Source of the DNA: the human T2T-CHM13v2.0 reference genome, Homo sapiens
Assembly: GCF_009914755.1 (NCBI RefSeq)
Contig: NC_060933.1
Length of the DNA stretch: 64,000 bases
Direction: 5' to 3' (one strand)
Shown here: positions 16,045-31,572 of the stretch, piece after piece
Position numbering within the stretch: the stretch's first letter is position 1
Layout of the letters: every line of letters starts with the position of its first letter
The notes under the pieces: generated by a model
Told to the model about the DNA's origin: nothing
Database searches by the model: none
What the model saw: only the letters and a program-made list of their open reading frames with translations
Position numbers and translations under genes: made by a program

Positions 16045-16170
16045 CACAAAATCTTGGAATGTTAGATTAAACAAGGGACCTTAGAAATAATCAGTTCCAT
16101 TTCAATCCTTTGATCCTCCCATTTTACATAGGGAAGCCATGGACTGAAAGAGGCTGAGTAAGGCCCCAGG
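16045..16170 (-). mobile_element. MIR3-like fragment
   Basis: aagggaccttagaaataatc...cccattttacatagggaa. Confidence 0.6.
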
Positions 16171-16689
16171 GACCCTTTCGAGCTTTTTTTTTTTTTTGGT
16201 ATATTCTGTTAATTAGGAAATATATTGTGCTTTTCTGAGAAACTGAAAGTATACATGCTTGTACATACTTGCAAGTCATATAGAAATTATTTCAATCATT
16301 ACTATTATTTTGAATTTTCTATCTGCTGCTTACTGAGATTTAACCGCCATTTCAAAGTTTTTCCAAGAATCTGGCATTTTGGCTAAATAGCCCAGTTGAC
16401 CCTTGCCCCAGCTTCCCAAAATCCATTGTGATTGATCCAAATGGGCTCAGAATTTCCCTCCTTGTGCATAGATGCCACTTATCTGTTTTTCCATCTTGGT
16501 TTTTTTTTCTAGCTACTTTTGGCTATCAGAAAAAAATAATTTAAAGTTTGTACAAGCCAAGTTTGTTTCACTGCCTCCAATCAGACAAAGATACCTTTCC
16601 AGAAATCAAGACTGTGGATATACACCCGTGTCTGGAGGACAAGAAGAAGATAGAAGAAAATGGAACTCACAGGGATTAGAGAGAAAGGG

Positions 16690-16900
16690 AACTGACACTT
16701 ATCCTGTGCTTTCTGTGTTCCCAAGGATTCACTTGGTCCTCACAACAACCCAGTGAATTAGTCATGACTCTCCCCGCTTCAGGTGAAAAAGCTGAGAGTC
16801 AGAGAGCAACTTGCATGATGCAGCATAGCCAGGAAATGGAGTGGGAACTTGAACCCAGGCCAGCCTATTTCCAAACTCTTTCCGGTAAGTGGGCCACACT
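16690..16900 (-). mobile_element. MIR
   Basis: cctcacaacaaccc...ggaacttgaacccaggc. Confidence 0.7.
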
Positions 16901-17741
16901 CCTCCCATGGTCTTAATGTGATTCAATTGACAGAACGGCTTGGTGGAAAAAATGTAAAAATGAAAACAAATGGTTCCTATAAGATGGTGTAGTCACATAT
17001 TTGGAGAAGAGAGATCCATTATGCAATTCACTAAAATGTGTTGAATGTCTACTAAGTGTTACCAAAGCACTGAATTTCACTCATTAAAGACTCATCCCAA
17101 GTATCGTAAGTCACGTTTCAGTCCTCCCTAATACGGTTTTCTTGTATTATGTATTATGACTCTTGAATGGTCAGAAATGAGAGTAAACTTAACAGATGAA
17201 GATGGAGACAGGATTATTATATACATGTTGTTTCTATAAGAACTTTTCTCTAAATCTAATGTCTTTGTAATTGATCGATTCACTGTCCATGGCCTTTTTG
17301 AGAGTAAAGGTTTTGTGTTCTCTTTCACCTCCCTACCCTGGCTTTTTTTCAAAGCATTTTTCCAGCCCCACTTACAGTTTAGAACAGATGTAGATGCTGG
17401 CCTGCTCCCAGAATCTTGCTGCAAAATCATAACTTCACCATTCCCCATGGACTGAGTAGTGCCGAGGTAGAAAATGACTTCAATCCACAGCAGAATCTGT
17501 GTTGCTGCCAATCCAATTTAAGCCCAAAGGAGTCACTCCTATTTGTAGCAAGTTTTTTTCATTTCCAGTTTATGCCGAGAATATATAGCACATCATATTT
17601 TGATGATTTATAGAGTATATCTGAAGGCCTCTTTCTCCCCAACTGCCCCGACACTTTCATTTGTCAATTTTGCAGACTTGAAGTGCAGCAAAGGAGTAAA
17701 GTTTTCAGAAAATCTGAAGAAAACAATAGATCAAGAATATC

Positions 17742-18011
17742 AGCCAGGCATGGTGGCTCACACCTGAAATCTCAGCACTTTGGGAGGCCAAGGTGGGTGG
17801 ATCATGAGGTCAGGAATTCAAGACCAGCCTGGCCAACATGGTGAAACCCCGTCTCTAGTAAAAATACAAAAATTTGCTGGGTGTGGTGGCGGGTGCCTGT
17901 AATCCCAGCTACTCAGGAGGCTGAGGCAGAGAATTGCTTGAACCTGGGAGGTAGAGGTTGCAGATCGTGACACTGCACTCTAGCCTGGGAGACACAGCAA
18001 GACTCCATCTC

Positions 18012-18058
<47 letters not shown>
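17742..18058 (+). mobile_element. AluSg-like with A/(TA)n tail
   Basis: Tandem with the next Alu; outer TSD aagaatatc encloses both. Confidence 0.88.
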
Positions 18059-18060
<2 letters not shown>

Positions 18061-18359
18061 AGGCACAGTGGCTCATGCCTGTAATCCCAGCACTTTGGGA
18101 GGCCAAGGTGTGCGGATCACTTGAGGCCAGGAGTTTGAGACTAGCCTGCCCAACATGGTGAAACCCCATCCCTACTAAAAATACAAAAATTAGCTCAGCT
18201 TGGTGGCAGGTGCCTATAATCCCAGCTACTCGGGAGGCTGAGGCAGAGAGAATTACTTGAACCCGGGAAGTGGAGGTTGCAATGAGCCAAGATTGCACCA
18301 CTGCACTCCATCCTGGGCGACAGAGTGAGACCCTGCCTCAAAAAAAAAAAAAAAAAAAA
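18059..18359 (+). mobile_element. AluS
   Basis: Dimer with poly-A. Confidence 0.88.
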
Positions 18360-18934
18360 GAATATCTAGACATGGCTGCCAAGAAAAAGAACATGAACTC
18401 AAAGAGAAAATAAAATGGGTCTTTAAGAAAATAACAGCAAATCATTTAAAACATGAGTAAAGTTAGAGCATATGACCTGGAAGATTAACACAAAACAACT
18501 TTGGGTTACTCATGTGTACTAATGTCAGCTGTATCATTTCCCTATCACTGATAGGTATAGGAAACTGTACTGTGTTGGTAAAAAGCAGGTAAGAAAGGGG
18601 ATGGCTGTCAGTAACTCAGCCCCGTATTACAGTAAAACTACTCCAGAAAACCTCTGGCTCAAAATACTGCAACGTACAACAGTGGGAACACAAAGTGACC
18701 AAAAAATATTGTTACAACTTTCCATTCCAGAAACATTTAGAGACGACCCACCATGAGATGACCTTGACCAGGCGTGGCTGAACATCTTCATTATAGCTAC
18801 AGCAGAAACATCATGTGGTATTCTTAAGACAAATTTCAGGGCCCAAAGAAGCTATTCAGGATCCTGTTTTCCACTTGCTTCAATATATTTAAGCTCCTTG
18901 AACTATGACATCCTCCCAAATAGGTTCGCTGACT

Positions 18935-19070
18935 TCCTTCACTAAGGCACCCACCAAATATTTGTTGAGCGCTTACCATGGGTCAGGAACTGTTCAAGGC
19001 ACTGGACATAGGGTGTTGAACAAGAAAGAAAGACATGATCCTTGCTGTCATGAAGCATTCATTTCAGAGT
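18935..19070 (-). mobile_element. L2 3' end
   Basis: caaatatttgttgagcgcttaccatgggtcaggaactgttc. Confidence 0.75.
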
Positions 19071-19899
19071 CATACTTCTTATGTTCACACACAAGTGAAG
19101 TGGTATTGGTATTTCAGAGTGAATGTGTTTTATAACCAATATTGATATTTTTCTTCTCTAGAGGCTCCCTTTATTTCTTAGTCACAAAACAAATATTTTT
19201 GAAAGATAGCAATGAAAACTTGGAACTTTTAGAAAAGCCATTTATTGCTAGAAATGGGCTAAGCTTACGTTTTCCTAAAATATCTGTAGAATGAAAACAT
19301 AATCCAAAAAGGCACACATTCGCCAAGAGTGCAGCACGCTGGTCTTTGACTTACATAACTCTAAGGAAATAACTAGTTAGTTTCTGTTAATGTTTGATGA
19401 ACTTTGACAAATTAGCACGAAGAATTAGATCAAATGAACTGTATGCACTGTCTGAACAAGAGGGATAAGCAAAAAAAAAAATCCTCTCTAACAAGGAATG
19501 TTGGACTCAAGCATACTCTCCTAGAGGAGAAAACTGAGACTTCCTAGATGTAAAGCAACTGGCTCTAAAACACAGAATTAGGATAAAGGGAAGGAGGTCA
19601 CTGGAGCGGCAAGGGCGGGGGTGAGCTTTACAACAAAGAATGATGATCACTAGATTTCAGCTCTGCGTCTATACGGGCTCACTTCCTTCACATGGGGAAA
19701 CAAATAAAAATAAAAAAAATAGGGAGAGTAGCTAGGAGCCAAGGCTCAGCTGGGAACAACAGGAAGCAGCCGCGAGCTGAGTGCCATTGTGGCCACTTCA
19801 AATGGCAGAAGGTGAGAAACCAGCACAGCTGGCAACTAAAAATGAACTTGCAAACACGAGCGGGCAGAAATCAGGATTTCAGCCTTTGGGGATGCAACA

Positions 19900-20790
19900 G
19901 TGAATAAGACATGGGGCCTCTGTTCTGGAGAACTCTGAGATTAGAAGAAGAAATAGATGAATTACACAATGTGATAAAAGGGGAGAAGAGTCAAAATGAG
20001 GAACACAGTGAACCCGGGTAGGGAGGCAGATGATTAATTCAGTCCAATAACACAGGTATCATAGAGAAGGGATTATGCTGTGGGTATTGAAGTATAAACA
20101 GGAGTTTTCCAGGTAGACAACTTGGAAAGACCACAGCATTTCAATTTGGAAAAGAGCAAGCTCACAGGTAATGAAGTAAAATCATGTATTATGGCTGAAG
20201 CTTAAACATCAAGGGGGAAAGAGAGTAGATAAATCTAGAGAAGTAGGTAAGGGCTTTGGATATTATTCTGAGGAAAGCCAGTGAAGCATTTTGTTTGTTT
20301 GTTTAACTTTGTTTTGAAAATAAATATAAGCGTACAGAAAAGTTGCCACAATAAAAAAGATTATACAACATACCTGTGTACCATTTATCTACTGTTAACA
20401 TTTTGCCCCATTTTTCATTCCCCCTCTCTTTCTTTCCATATATATATATGTAATTTTTGAACCCTTTGAGAGTAAATCGCATACAGCCATTGAAGTGATT
20501 TCATTAGCGGGAGAACATGATCAGATTTGTGTTTTAGAACAGTCACTCTTATGGGAGTAGGGAGATCTTCAGGAATATATATCAGAGGCCTGGAACTAAA
20601 CTAATGAGAAATCAAATGAAGGGTATGTCTGTGGGAATGGAGAGGAGAGAGTACATTCAAGAGAGAAATAAGTTTTGCCCATTGCATGTGGTCTCTGAGG
20701 GATGGGGTAAAAAGAGTGGAATCTGAGTTTTGGGACTGGGTAACTGAGTGGTGGAGACCCTGTCAAGACAGAGAATAATAAATACAACGT
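19900..20790 (-). mobile_element. L2, diverged, with an old L1MC/ME 3' fragment inserted at about 20290-20490
   Basis: L2 motif atgatcagatttgtgttttagaacagtcactct; L1 motif acagaaaagttg...gttaacattttgccccatt. Confidence 0.6.
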
Positions 20791-20799
20791 AAGAAAAAT

Positions 20800-20935
20800 A
20801 TGAATAGTTTATATCTATTGAATGCTAATTATATGCTAGGCACAGTTCCTAACACTTTAGGTCTATTAATCCATTTAATCCTCAAAACAATCCTAACAGG
20901 TTTGTTCTTTTATTAACTTCATTTTACAGATGATT
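20800..20935 (-). mobile_element. MIR
   Basis: catttaatcctcaaaacaatcct...cattttacagatga. Confidence 0.8.
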
Positions 20936-20988
20936 TAAACAAAACATGTTTACAGAAAAAAAATTTTTTTAATTAAAAAACATGTTTT

Positions 20989-21275
20989 GGCCAGGCGCAG
21001 TGGCTTACGCCTGTAATCACAGCACTTTGAGAGGCTGAGGCAGGCGGATAGCTTGAGGTCAGGAGTTTGAGACCAGCCTGGCCAACATGGTGAAACCCAG
21101 TCCCTACTAAAAGAACAAAAATTAGTTGGGCGTGGTGGCATGCACCTGTAATCCCAGCTACTCTGGAGACTGAGGCATGAGAATCACTTGAACCCAGAAG
21201 ATGGAGGATGCAGTGAGCGGAGATCATGCCCCTCTACTTCAGCCTCTGTCTCCCAAAATAAACAAATAAATAAAT
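20989..21275 (+). mobile_element. AluSx with small 3' deletion
   Basis: Dimer; partial TSD catgtttt. Confidence 0.88.
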
Positions 21276-21734
21276 ATGCATGTTTTGAGGAAAAAAATGA
21301 TAGAGTCATTTTTGGGGACGAAAAGTATAACCTACTCTTTCTAGAAGCTCCTCCAAAAAGATCAAGGGACATGTGGGGCCATGGGTCAAGGAATTGTCTT
21401 GGAAAATTTGGAACATTTAAGTTTCATTCACATCAGGATATAGCTTGCCATGCTCCAAACCTCCAACTTTAGCTTAAATACTGAAGATTACATTCATTTA
21501 ATACGTCATTTTATGTCTATAATGCTGGCGATTATGTACACATTATATTAATATAACTTTAGCTCACCCAGCAAATAATTAAACCTAAAATACCAAAGAG
21601 ATGCTTTCAATCAGACATTTCTTTCAAATGAGATAAAACAAAATTAGATGTGGAAATAGGAAATCAATTTTATTTCTATTTTAATTTTCAAAAGGATTTT
21701 AAAAATCACTGAGAAGAAAAGCAGCATCTTCTGA

Positions 21735-21748
21735 GCGCCCCCTTGTGG
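21735..21748 (-). promoter_or_regulatory. CTCF core motif (reverse)
   Basis: Minus strand CCACAAGGGGGCGC, one mismatch to consensus, CpG retained. Confidence 0.6.
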
Positions 21749-21756
21749 CTTGGATT

Positions 21757-21922
21757 AATGATTCCCAAATTTGTCTAATGGACAGAAATTACCTGGAGAA
21801 CTTCATGAAAATAGTTTCCAAGGCTGCATCCACAAATAATCAGAACAGAGTAGAAAGAGATCCATATTTTTGAAAGCTCTCCAAAGAGATTTTGATGACC
21901 AGCCACTGTGAAAACCTGCAGC
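21757..21922. mobile_element. MER5B-like hAT MITE
   Basis: gattcccaaattt...acctggagaactt...aagctctccaaagagattttgatg. Confidence 0.55.
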
Positions 21923-21966
21923 TTAAAAATTCTTTTTTTTTTTTTTTTTTTTGAAACAACTTCAGA

Positions 21967-22222
21967 GCCGGGCGCAGTGGCTCACACCTGTAATCCCAGC
22001 ACTTGGGGAGGCCAAGGCAGGCAGATCACAAGGTCAGGAGATACAGACCATCCTGGCTAACACAGTGAAGCCTCATCTCTACTAAAAATACAAAAAAATT
22101 AGCCGGACGTGGTGACACGCGCCTGTAATCCCAGCTACTTGGGAGGCTGAGGCAGGAGAATTGCTTGAACCCGGAGGTGGTTGCAGTAAGCAGGGATCGA
22201 GCCGCTGCACTCAAGCCTGCAC
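21967..22222 (+). mobile_element. AluSc/Y-like, 3'-truncated, no poly-A
   Basis: TSD tgaaacaacttcaga/tgaaataacttcaga. Confidence 0.88.
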
Positions 22223-22249
22223 TGAAATAACTTCAGAAACAAAGATTGT

Positions 22250-22410
22250 AGAATCAGGAGGAAACTTAGGACTCATTTTGTCCTGTTGTAGCCCTTTACA
22301 TATGAAAAAACTGCAACCAAACACGTGAAATGGCCTGCTCAAGGTCACAGAGAATGTAAATGTCAAAATCAAGAGCAGAATCTAATGTCTCCTGGCCCTA
22401 AATTCAGCAT
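22250..22410 (-). mobile_element. MIR
   Basis: gtgaaatggcctgctcaaggtcacagag. Confidence 0.65.
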
Positions 22411-23109
22411 GATTAATTGGAACAATGCTGTTTAATCCAATCTATCTCAACATGTTTATCCCTTAACTCACTGACAGTTCTACGATGCTCCCTACACCCC
22501 ACATCGCCTCTGACTGAGGAGGGCACAGGCAAAATTGTCAGTGTCTTCTTCGGAGATAATTTTTTCCTTGTTAATATTTGGCATATCATAGATTGATTTT
22601 AAGGAGGCACAGAGAAATAAGCCGGAGAAAGTATTTCCTATAGGATGAGCCACTTGAACAAGCTGAGTTTCTTCTCTTCTCCAAGATCTGTCTAGAACTG
22701 ATACTGGAGGAGTGCTGAGCGAGGACCCTTCCCCACAAATATCAAAGTATTGTCTGTCATTCCACATTAAACATTTATTTCTTTGGGTCTTGAAATTTGA
22801 AAGTACATCTGAAATTGAAGCTTCCCAGGGAGGGATGGGGAAGATGTAACAGGAAAAACCACCTTTCTGTCTACCCGTAGGCAAGGATTAGTTAACTAGC
22901 TGCAGAAAGATGGGCTAAGGCCCGAGCAAGGTGCTGAGCCAGGAAAGGAATTTGGAAAGTAGAAAAATAGGCCTGACAACATTTGTCTGCCTCATCATTT
23001 TGCAAGATCTAGTTTTGTTTATCCCCAATATAATTACATTTCTGAAATTCCTTTGGGTCCTGTCTCAGTGCCCATGTGTACTTGGAGAAGTAGTGAGTAC
23101 GTCGAAAAC

Positions 23110-23622
<513 letters not shown>

Positions 23623-24189
23623 AAAGATAAGTTTCAGAATCCTGTGGCAGGGTAAGAAACAAAATGTTACTTGCGCAAGTTCAGAGATTTTTCAATTGTA
23701 TTGAAATCAAAGATTTCATGGGATGTTTCCGTGATTCCAAGAAGCATAATGATATTTTGCTGAAACTGCTGAATGTATACATACTTTGAGAATTAGATCA
23801 GAACCCAGTTTCTTCCTCTCTTTCTTTAAATCACACAGTTAACTTCACCTGTGGGAGTGCATTTGTTTCCAAATGCAATCAAAGGGAACTAACACCAAAC
23901 AGCTCAAGCATTGTCATTTGAAGTAGAAAACAAGGCAGCGGCTCTCAGAAATAATATGTGTGGACTTCAGCAAATTACCTGGTTTTCTTGAATATTAGTC
24001 ACTATATCAATAAGATGGAGACAATATTGTCTGCCCTGTGTCTCTTCCAAGATCAACAAAGTTCCCAGTCTCCAGAAATGGTGCTGCTGACTAAATAAGT
24101 GGCTCAAATCAGTAATGTGGGGGCTGCCCTTGACTTCCCACAAGTCCATCCCCAACTATGATCAAGCTTATCGCTTCTCTCAAAATCTC

Positions 24190-24348
24190 TGTCAACCTAA
24201 AGGACGAAGCTGAGGCACACAATATAATTTTGAAGAATTTACTTAAGCCAAAGTGAGGACAGCTGCCCAGGACACACTTCCAACTTTGGGGAATGCTCTG
24301 TTCAGCCTTTGCCACAAGCAGGTTTTTTAAAGGCAAAAGGAAACAAAG
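24190..24348 (-). mobile_element. ERV1 (MER4-group) LTR fragment
   Basis: tgtcaacctaaaggacgaagctgaggcac...aagtgaggacagctgcccagg. Confidence 0.55.
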
Positions 24349-24349
24349 A

Positions 24350-24860
24350 ATTCTTTCTTTTATCTTCACTGTCACTACTCTGGACCAAACCACCATCATA
24401 TTTTGCCTAAACCATGTCCTCCTTTTGGTGAGTCCTGCCTCTACTGCCCTTCAAATAATCATTTAGCCTGAAACTAGAAGGATTTTTAAAAAAACACAAC
24501 TTCGGCCACAAAATTCCCCTATCTCAAACTCTTCAATGGCTTTTTTGTTGTTTTTTGAGATGGGGTCTCACTGTGTTGCCCAGGCTGGAGTGCGTTGGTT
24601 AATCACAGCTCACTCCAGCTCAAACTCCTGAGATCAAGTTTTTTTGAGGAGACAGGGTCTCCTTACGTTGCCCAGGCTGACCTCAAACTCCTAGCCTCAA
24701 GTGACCTTCCTGCTTTGGCCCTCCAAAATGATAGGATTATAGGCGTGAGCCATTGTGCCTGGTTTCAAAGGCTTTTTTTTTAAAAGCCTTTAGGGAAAAG
24801 TCCCAAACTCTCATATGACTTATTCTGCCTTCAAATCTGGCCCTTGCCACCTTCTCTACA
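24350..24860 (+). mobile_element. L2 fragment split by an Alu
   Basis: ccaccatcat...aaactcttcaatggct...gggaaaagtcccaaactc. Confidence 0.6.
24541..24763 (-). mobile_element. AluJ with internal deletion
   Basis: Right arm jumps to the linker; TSD ttcaatggctttt/ttcaaaggctttt. Confidence 0.8.
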
Positions 24861-24932
24861 ATATCTTCTCTTGCCACCCTCTAGGTTATATCGCTGTTGA
24901 AAATCAGGACTCACAGAACATAACCAGGAAAC

Positions 24933-25292
24933 AGAAGGAAACCAAAATATGCCACCCCAAAATATATTTATTTGTTGTATCTTGATATGGCTATTCAGAG
25001 GGGCTGCAGACCACAGGAATAGCTCTGCAAAGCTGTCCTTGTGTAGTGGAGATTTGTATCTGTAGAGGAAATCTGCATTAGTGAGAAACAGCAGACGCAA
25101 ACAGTCTGTCTCTGAGGCCTCCCTTATCTGTCTTATCCAGATCTAGGAAAGATTAACTCACAGGAGACGCAGACTAAAAGTCAGACACTTTTAAAGGTCT
25201 GACAAAGAAACTTTTACCACAAGCGCTCCCATCTAATCTCTCTTTCTCTCTTTCTCTCTCTTTCTCTTTCTCTCCCTTCCCTTCCTTCTTTC

Positions 25293-25329
<37 letters not shown>

Positions 25330-25924
25330 GTCAGTCTGTTGCCCAGGCTGGAGTACAGTAGTACCATCCTGCTGCACTGCAGGCTTGACCTTTTGAGTTC
25401 AAATGATCTTCCCACCTCAGCATCCCAAGTAGCTGGGACCACAGGCATGCACCACCATGCCCAGCTAGTTTTTAAATTGTTTTCTGTACAGACAGAGTCC
25501 CACTATATTGCCCAGCTGGTCTCCAACTTCTGGGTTCCTGTGATCTTCCTGCCTCAGCCTCCCAAAGTGCTGGGATTATAGGCAAGAGTCACCACCTGGC
25601 CCCATCTAATTATTCTGAGTTCTGCTACCTGAGGGACTTCATCTGCATAACAAGACAGTCTTTGCTCACCCTGTATTTCCTCCCCACTCCTACCCATAAC
25701 CTGTCACTGGGCTCCAAGACTCTATTCTTTTCTGTATAGTATAAAAGCTTCAGTCATCTGGCTTTGCTTTGAGTCTCATATTTGCAGGACACCATGTCCA
25801 TGTGCACATTATTACATTTGTATCCTTTTTTTCTTGTTAATCTGTCTATTGTCAGTCTATTTTATAGACTCAAATGATCAAACCTTGAGAAGGGGAAAGG
25901 AAGAAAATTCCCTTCATCTCTACA
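24933..25924 (+). mobile_element. MER34-family solo LTR (ERV1) split by AluJ
   Basis: Start accaaaatatgccaccccaaaatat; TATA-like gtataaaag; ends ...taca. Confidence 0.8.
25237..25600 (-). mobile_element. AluJ with (TC)n/(TCTG)n tail
   Basis: TSD cccatctaat. Confidence 0.88.
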
Positions 25925-26006
25925 CAACTTAAATCTATCTCCCACTGTTCCTTTAACACTTTATCTGACTAATTATTCTCTGACACTTGGATGAAAATGT
26001 CAGCAA

Positions 26007-26719
<713 letters not shown>

Positions 26720-27182
26720 TCAGTCTAATATTTTAAAATATCTAGTCCTATATAACCATCAAAATACCAAATTTGATCTCAAACTGTGCCCATCTCCATG
26801 CTAGGACCGAAAGTGGACTGGCAGTTTACGGAGGCAAGGGGTGAGTCATGATCTCTTCTTCTCTTTTGCTCCCACTTGGTATTCTCAACTTCCTCAACCT
26901 CCTCTGTCATGCACAATCTGGTTTCTGACTCCACTAGGGTGTTGAAGCAGAGGAAGAGATTGGAGGTGGGGAAAGAACTAAAGCTCTTTTCTGGCTATGT
27001 TTTGGTAAGATGCCACACCAAACGTAAAAGTCAATCCTCCCCTACTGTTGGCCTCTGTCCTGTCTACAACTGCAGATAACGCTGGCCATTTTGCCTGTAC
27101 ATTTTTCATGTGTAGTATTTTTCTGAAAACAAGGACATTCTCTTACATAACCAGAGTACAATGACCAATACTATTGTCTTAC

Positions 27183-27927
<745 letters not shown>

Positions 27928-28049
27928 TGAATGGAAATGTTTGACAGAGAAACAACTTTGGATGCAAATGCTAAATATCAACCATCCGAGCCCCAATTCA
28001 GAGGAGCTGTTTTGCCCACATACTGGACAATGGGGGAAAAGTGGGAGGA

Positions 28050-28573
<524 letters not shown>

Positions 28574-29323
28574 GAAATAGGTAAGTTTGTGTTCAAAATG
28601 CTGTAGAACTGTCACAGTTACTTAGAAACCAAATTTAAGCCTGTGCACTAGTTTAGTGAACTCATTATTTCATTTGACAGATGTTTATTGAATACTTACT
28701 ATGTACCAGATATTTTCATGATAGATCTGTAGCTTCAACCTCATAAATGAAAAATGGTATCTCTTCTAACCTAATGACAAGATTTCTGACTCAAGCCATG
28801 CCCTACATAAGAATGTAGTTACAACAACTTAGGCTCTGGGTAAATAAAATGTTTAATAAATAATGACAATATGACCCTTGGCGCCAGTATGGCATTTAAG
28901 GCCATTAATACTCCCTGCTGTCTACTGAGTCATTGCTAAGCTGGGGAAACATGAGTTTCTAAAGGTACCTGGAAGGCTGGTTATGTGACCTCTGGTTGAA
29001 ATAGATCCCAGTATATATGTCATGTCCAGGATGGGGAGGGAAAGGTTTTAACTCCTGAAAAATGAGATATTACTTTGTTCCAGTTTATGAAAAAGATCTA
29101 TTGGACTTCATTCCCAGAAACTGTCTCCTGAATGACTTAAGGCAGTGCTAAGGAAACAGCATATTTTAAATTGACTCTTTCTTTGAGCTGAGCTCCAAGT
29201 CACCTAATAAATTTTTAAATTTCCAAAGAGATGCATTCAGAGTGACTCCAAAAAAGATGTTCTAATTTGGGATGTCACTGGCATCAGTGACATAAATCAT
29301 CACAAACAAAATTGCCGCTTTGA

Positions 29324-29746
<423 letters not shown>

Positions 29747-29860
29747 TATTCTCCTATTAATAATTCAGATGTTGGGTCATAGAAGTACCATAGGATTTTG
29801 GAGCTGGCAACTGGAGCTGGGAGTTGTTGCATGCATTGCCCAAGGCCACATAACTTAGCT

Positions 29861-30049
29861 CAGTGCTTCTCAAACTGTATCACGTATCAGAATCACTTGG
29901 AGGACTTGTTAAAACATAGCTTGCTGGGCCCCATCTCCAGGGTTTCTGATCCAGTATGCAATGGGTAGAGTCTGAGAATCTGCATTCCTAGCAAGTTTCC
30001 AAGTATTACTGATGCTTCTGGTCCAGGAACTACACTTTGAGAGCCACTG
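29861..30049. mobile_element. Full-length MER5A
   Basis: Terminal inverted repeats cagtgcttctcaaa...tttgagagccactg; degenerate 8-bp TSD acttagct/tcttagtt. Confidence 0.88.
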
Positions 30050-30224
30050 TCTTAGTTAATTGTAGGACAAGGTATAGAAGGCAACTTTCAGACAGTTCTG
30101 TACTTTCTCCAAGGGGGCTCTTCTTTAGGGTACAGATTTTATGCTAAGATTATAAAAGCCATACTTGTGCCATTACAATAGGAAGGGTTTCTTCTCTTGA
30201 CATCCTGAAAGGGGAGAATTTCAC

Positions 30225-30580
30225 TGAAGGTAGAGCTAAAAGGATGAGCTTTGGAATCAGACAGATCTGGATAAGGAATCAGGCAGTCCACAGATTAGCT
30301 TTGTGACCTTGAACAAATTACTTAGTTTATTTGAGTCCCAGTTTCTTAATCTGTGTATTAGGAGTTATTAGTTCTGAATATTTGAGATTTCTGAAGGATA
30401 GTCTAAGAACTATTTGACATAGAGTTATAAGATTGGAAACATTTAACTAATAGAGCATCTAAATTAGCATTTACTAATCTTCATTTTTCAGATGTGGAAA
30501 CAAAGGTCTAGGGAAAATAAATGTCTCAGTCAGGATCTCATGGCATATGGCAGAATGAGGACCAGAACCTGGTCTTTTAA
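30225..30580. mobile_element. Two MIRs, one + (about 30225-30400) and one - (about 30420-30580)
   Basis: tgtgaccttgaacaaattactta; tcatttttcagatgtggaaac. Confidence 0.65.
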
Positions 30581-31158
30581 TGGGATTTGTTTTGCTTTAC
30601 TCCTTCACATTGGATAAATATTTCCAAACTAGACACTTCGAAACTAAACATTTTGATAGTGGATGTTTGTTCACGTGGCAAGGTGGACATTTAGGGCTTA
30701 TGACAAGCATTTTAGAGAGCTGTATTAGCTAAATTTTATGATTTAATCTACTTTTCATAACACCATTCCTTATACAATGTTGTTATACATTATTAGTAGT
30801 AAGATAATAAAACATGTATTCTGCTCACCCCTAACTACTAAAAGAAAATTTATAGGAAGTAAATTGATTTTTTTTCTTTACAATAGATTTTCAAAGTGGT
30901 CTCCTTTTTTGGCATAATAGCATATGGAAAAAGGGGTATGGCTATTTATAGAATTATTGTCTACACTGTTAGAAATGATTACATTTGAGAAAGAAGAGAT
31001 TAGTAGATGGGGAAACAATTTCTACATGAAGGGGAAAAAGTTTTAAATGTGTTGGTCAAATGAAAGTAAATGTTTGAAAGGAAAAAAACACAACTTAAAG
31101 GATTCACTCAAGCTGTACTTCTACTTGTTTGGGAAGAATAAAAATTAGAGTGTTTTAA

Positions 31159-31262
31159 GTCCCAGCTATGCGGGAGGCTGAGATGGGAGGATCCTTTGAG
31201 CCCAGGAGTTTGAATCCAGCCTGCGCAACATACCAAGACCTCATCTCTAAAAAAGTAAAATA
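31159..31262 (+). mobile_element. Truncated FLAM
   Basis: TSD agagtgtttta. Confidence 0.8.
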
Positions 31263-31572
31263 AAATGAGAGTGTTTTAGACTCAGGTAAATCTCCTTATC
31301 TAACAGACATAGACCCTGGGGTGCAGAGATATTGAGAGTTATGCTGAATTGGGCAAATGATAATGGCAGAGAGGGGGATGAAGCCCGGGACTTCTCAACT
31401 CTAGTTTGGTGCTTTTGGCACTGTGACCAGCTTGTTATCAGCATTTTCATTTTTGAGTTTAATATTTTGGAGAAGCCATGAAAGAAAGGGTCGTTGTTAT
31501 ATACTAAGCGACTGTAGTATGCCTTGATGCTCTATTATTATTTATTTTGAAATGAGTCAACTGTTCTATACC

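Noticed and set aside
22492-22884. 130-aa minus-strand ORF in unique sequence
   Set aside because: TTG start, no recognisable homology and no convincing donor; this length is attainable by chance.
23967-24155. Exon-like minus-strand segment with CAG|GTAATT donor
   Set aside because: Weak acceptor, and the sequence resembles a decayed MIR core; no recognisable protein.
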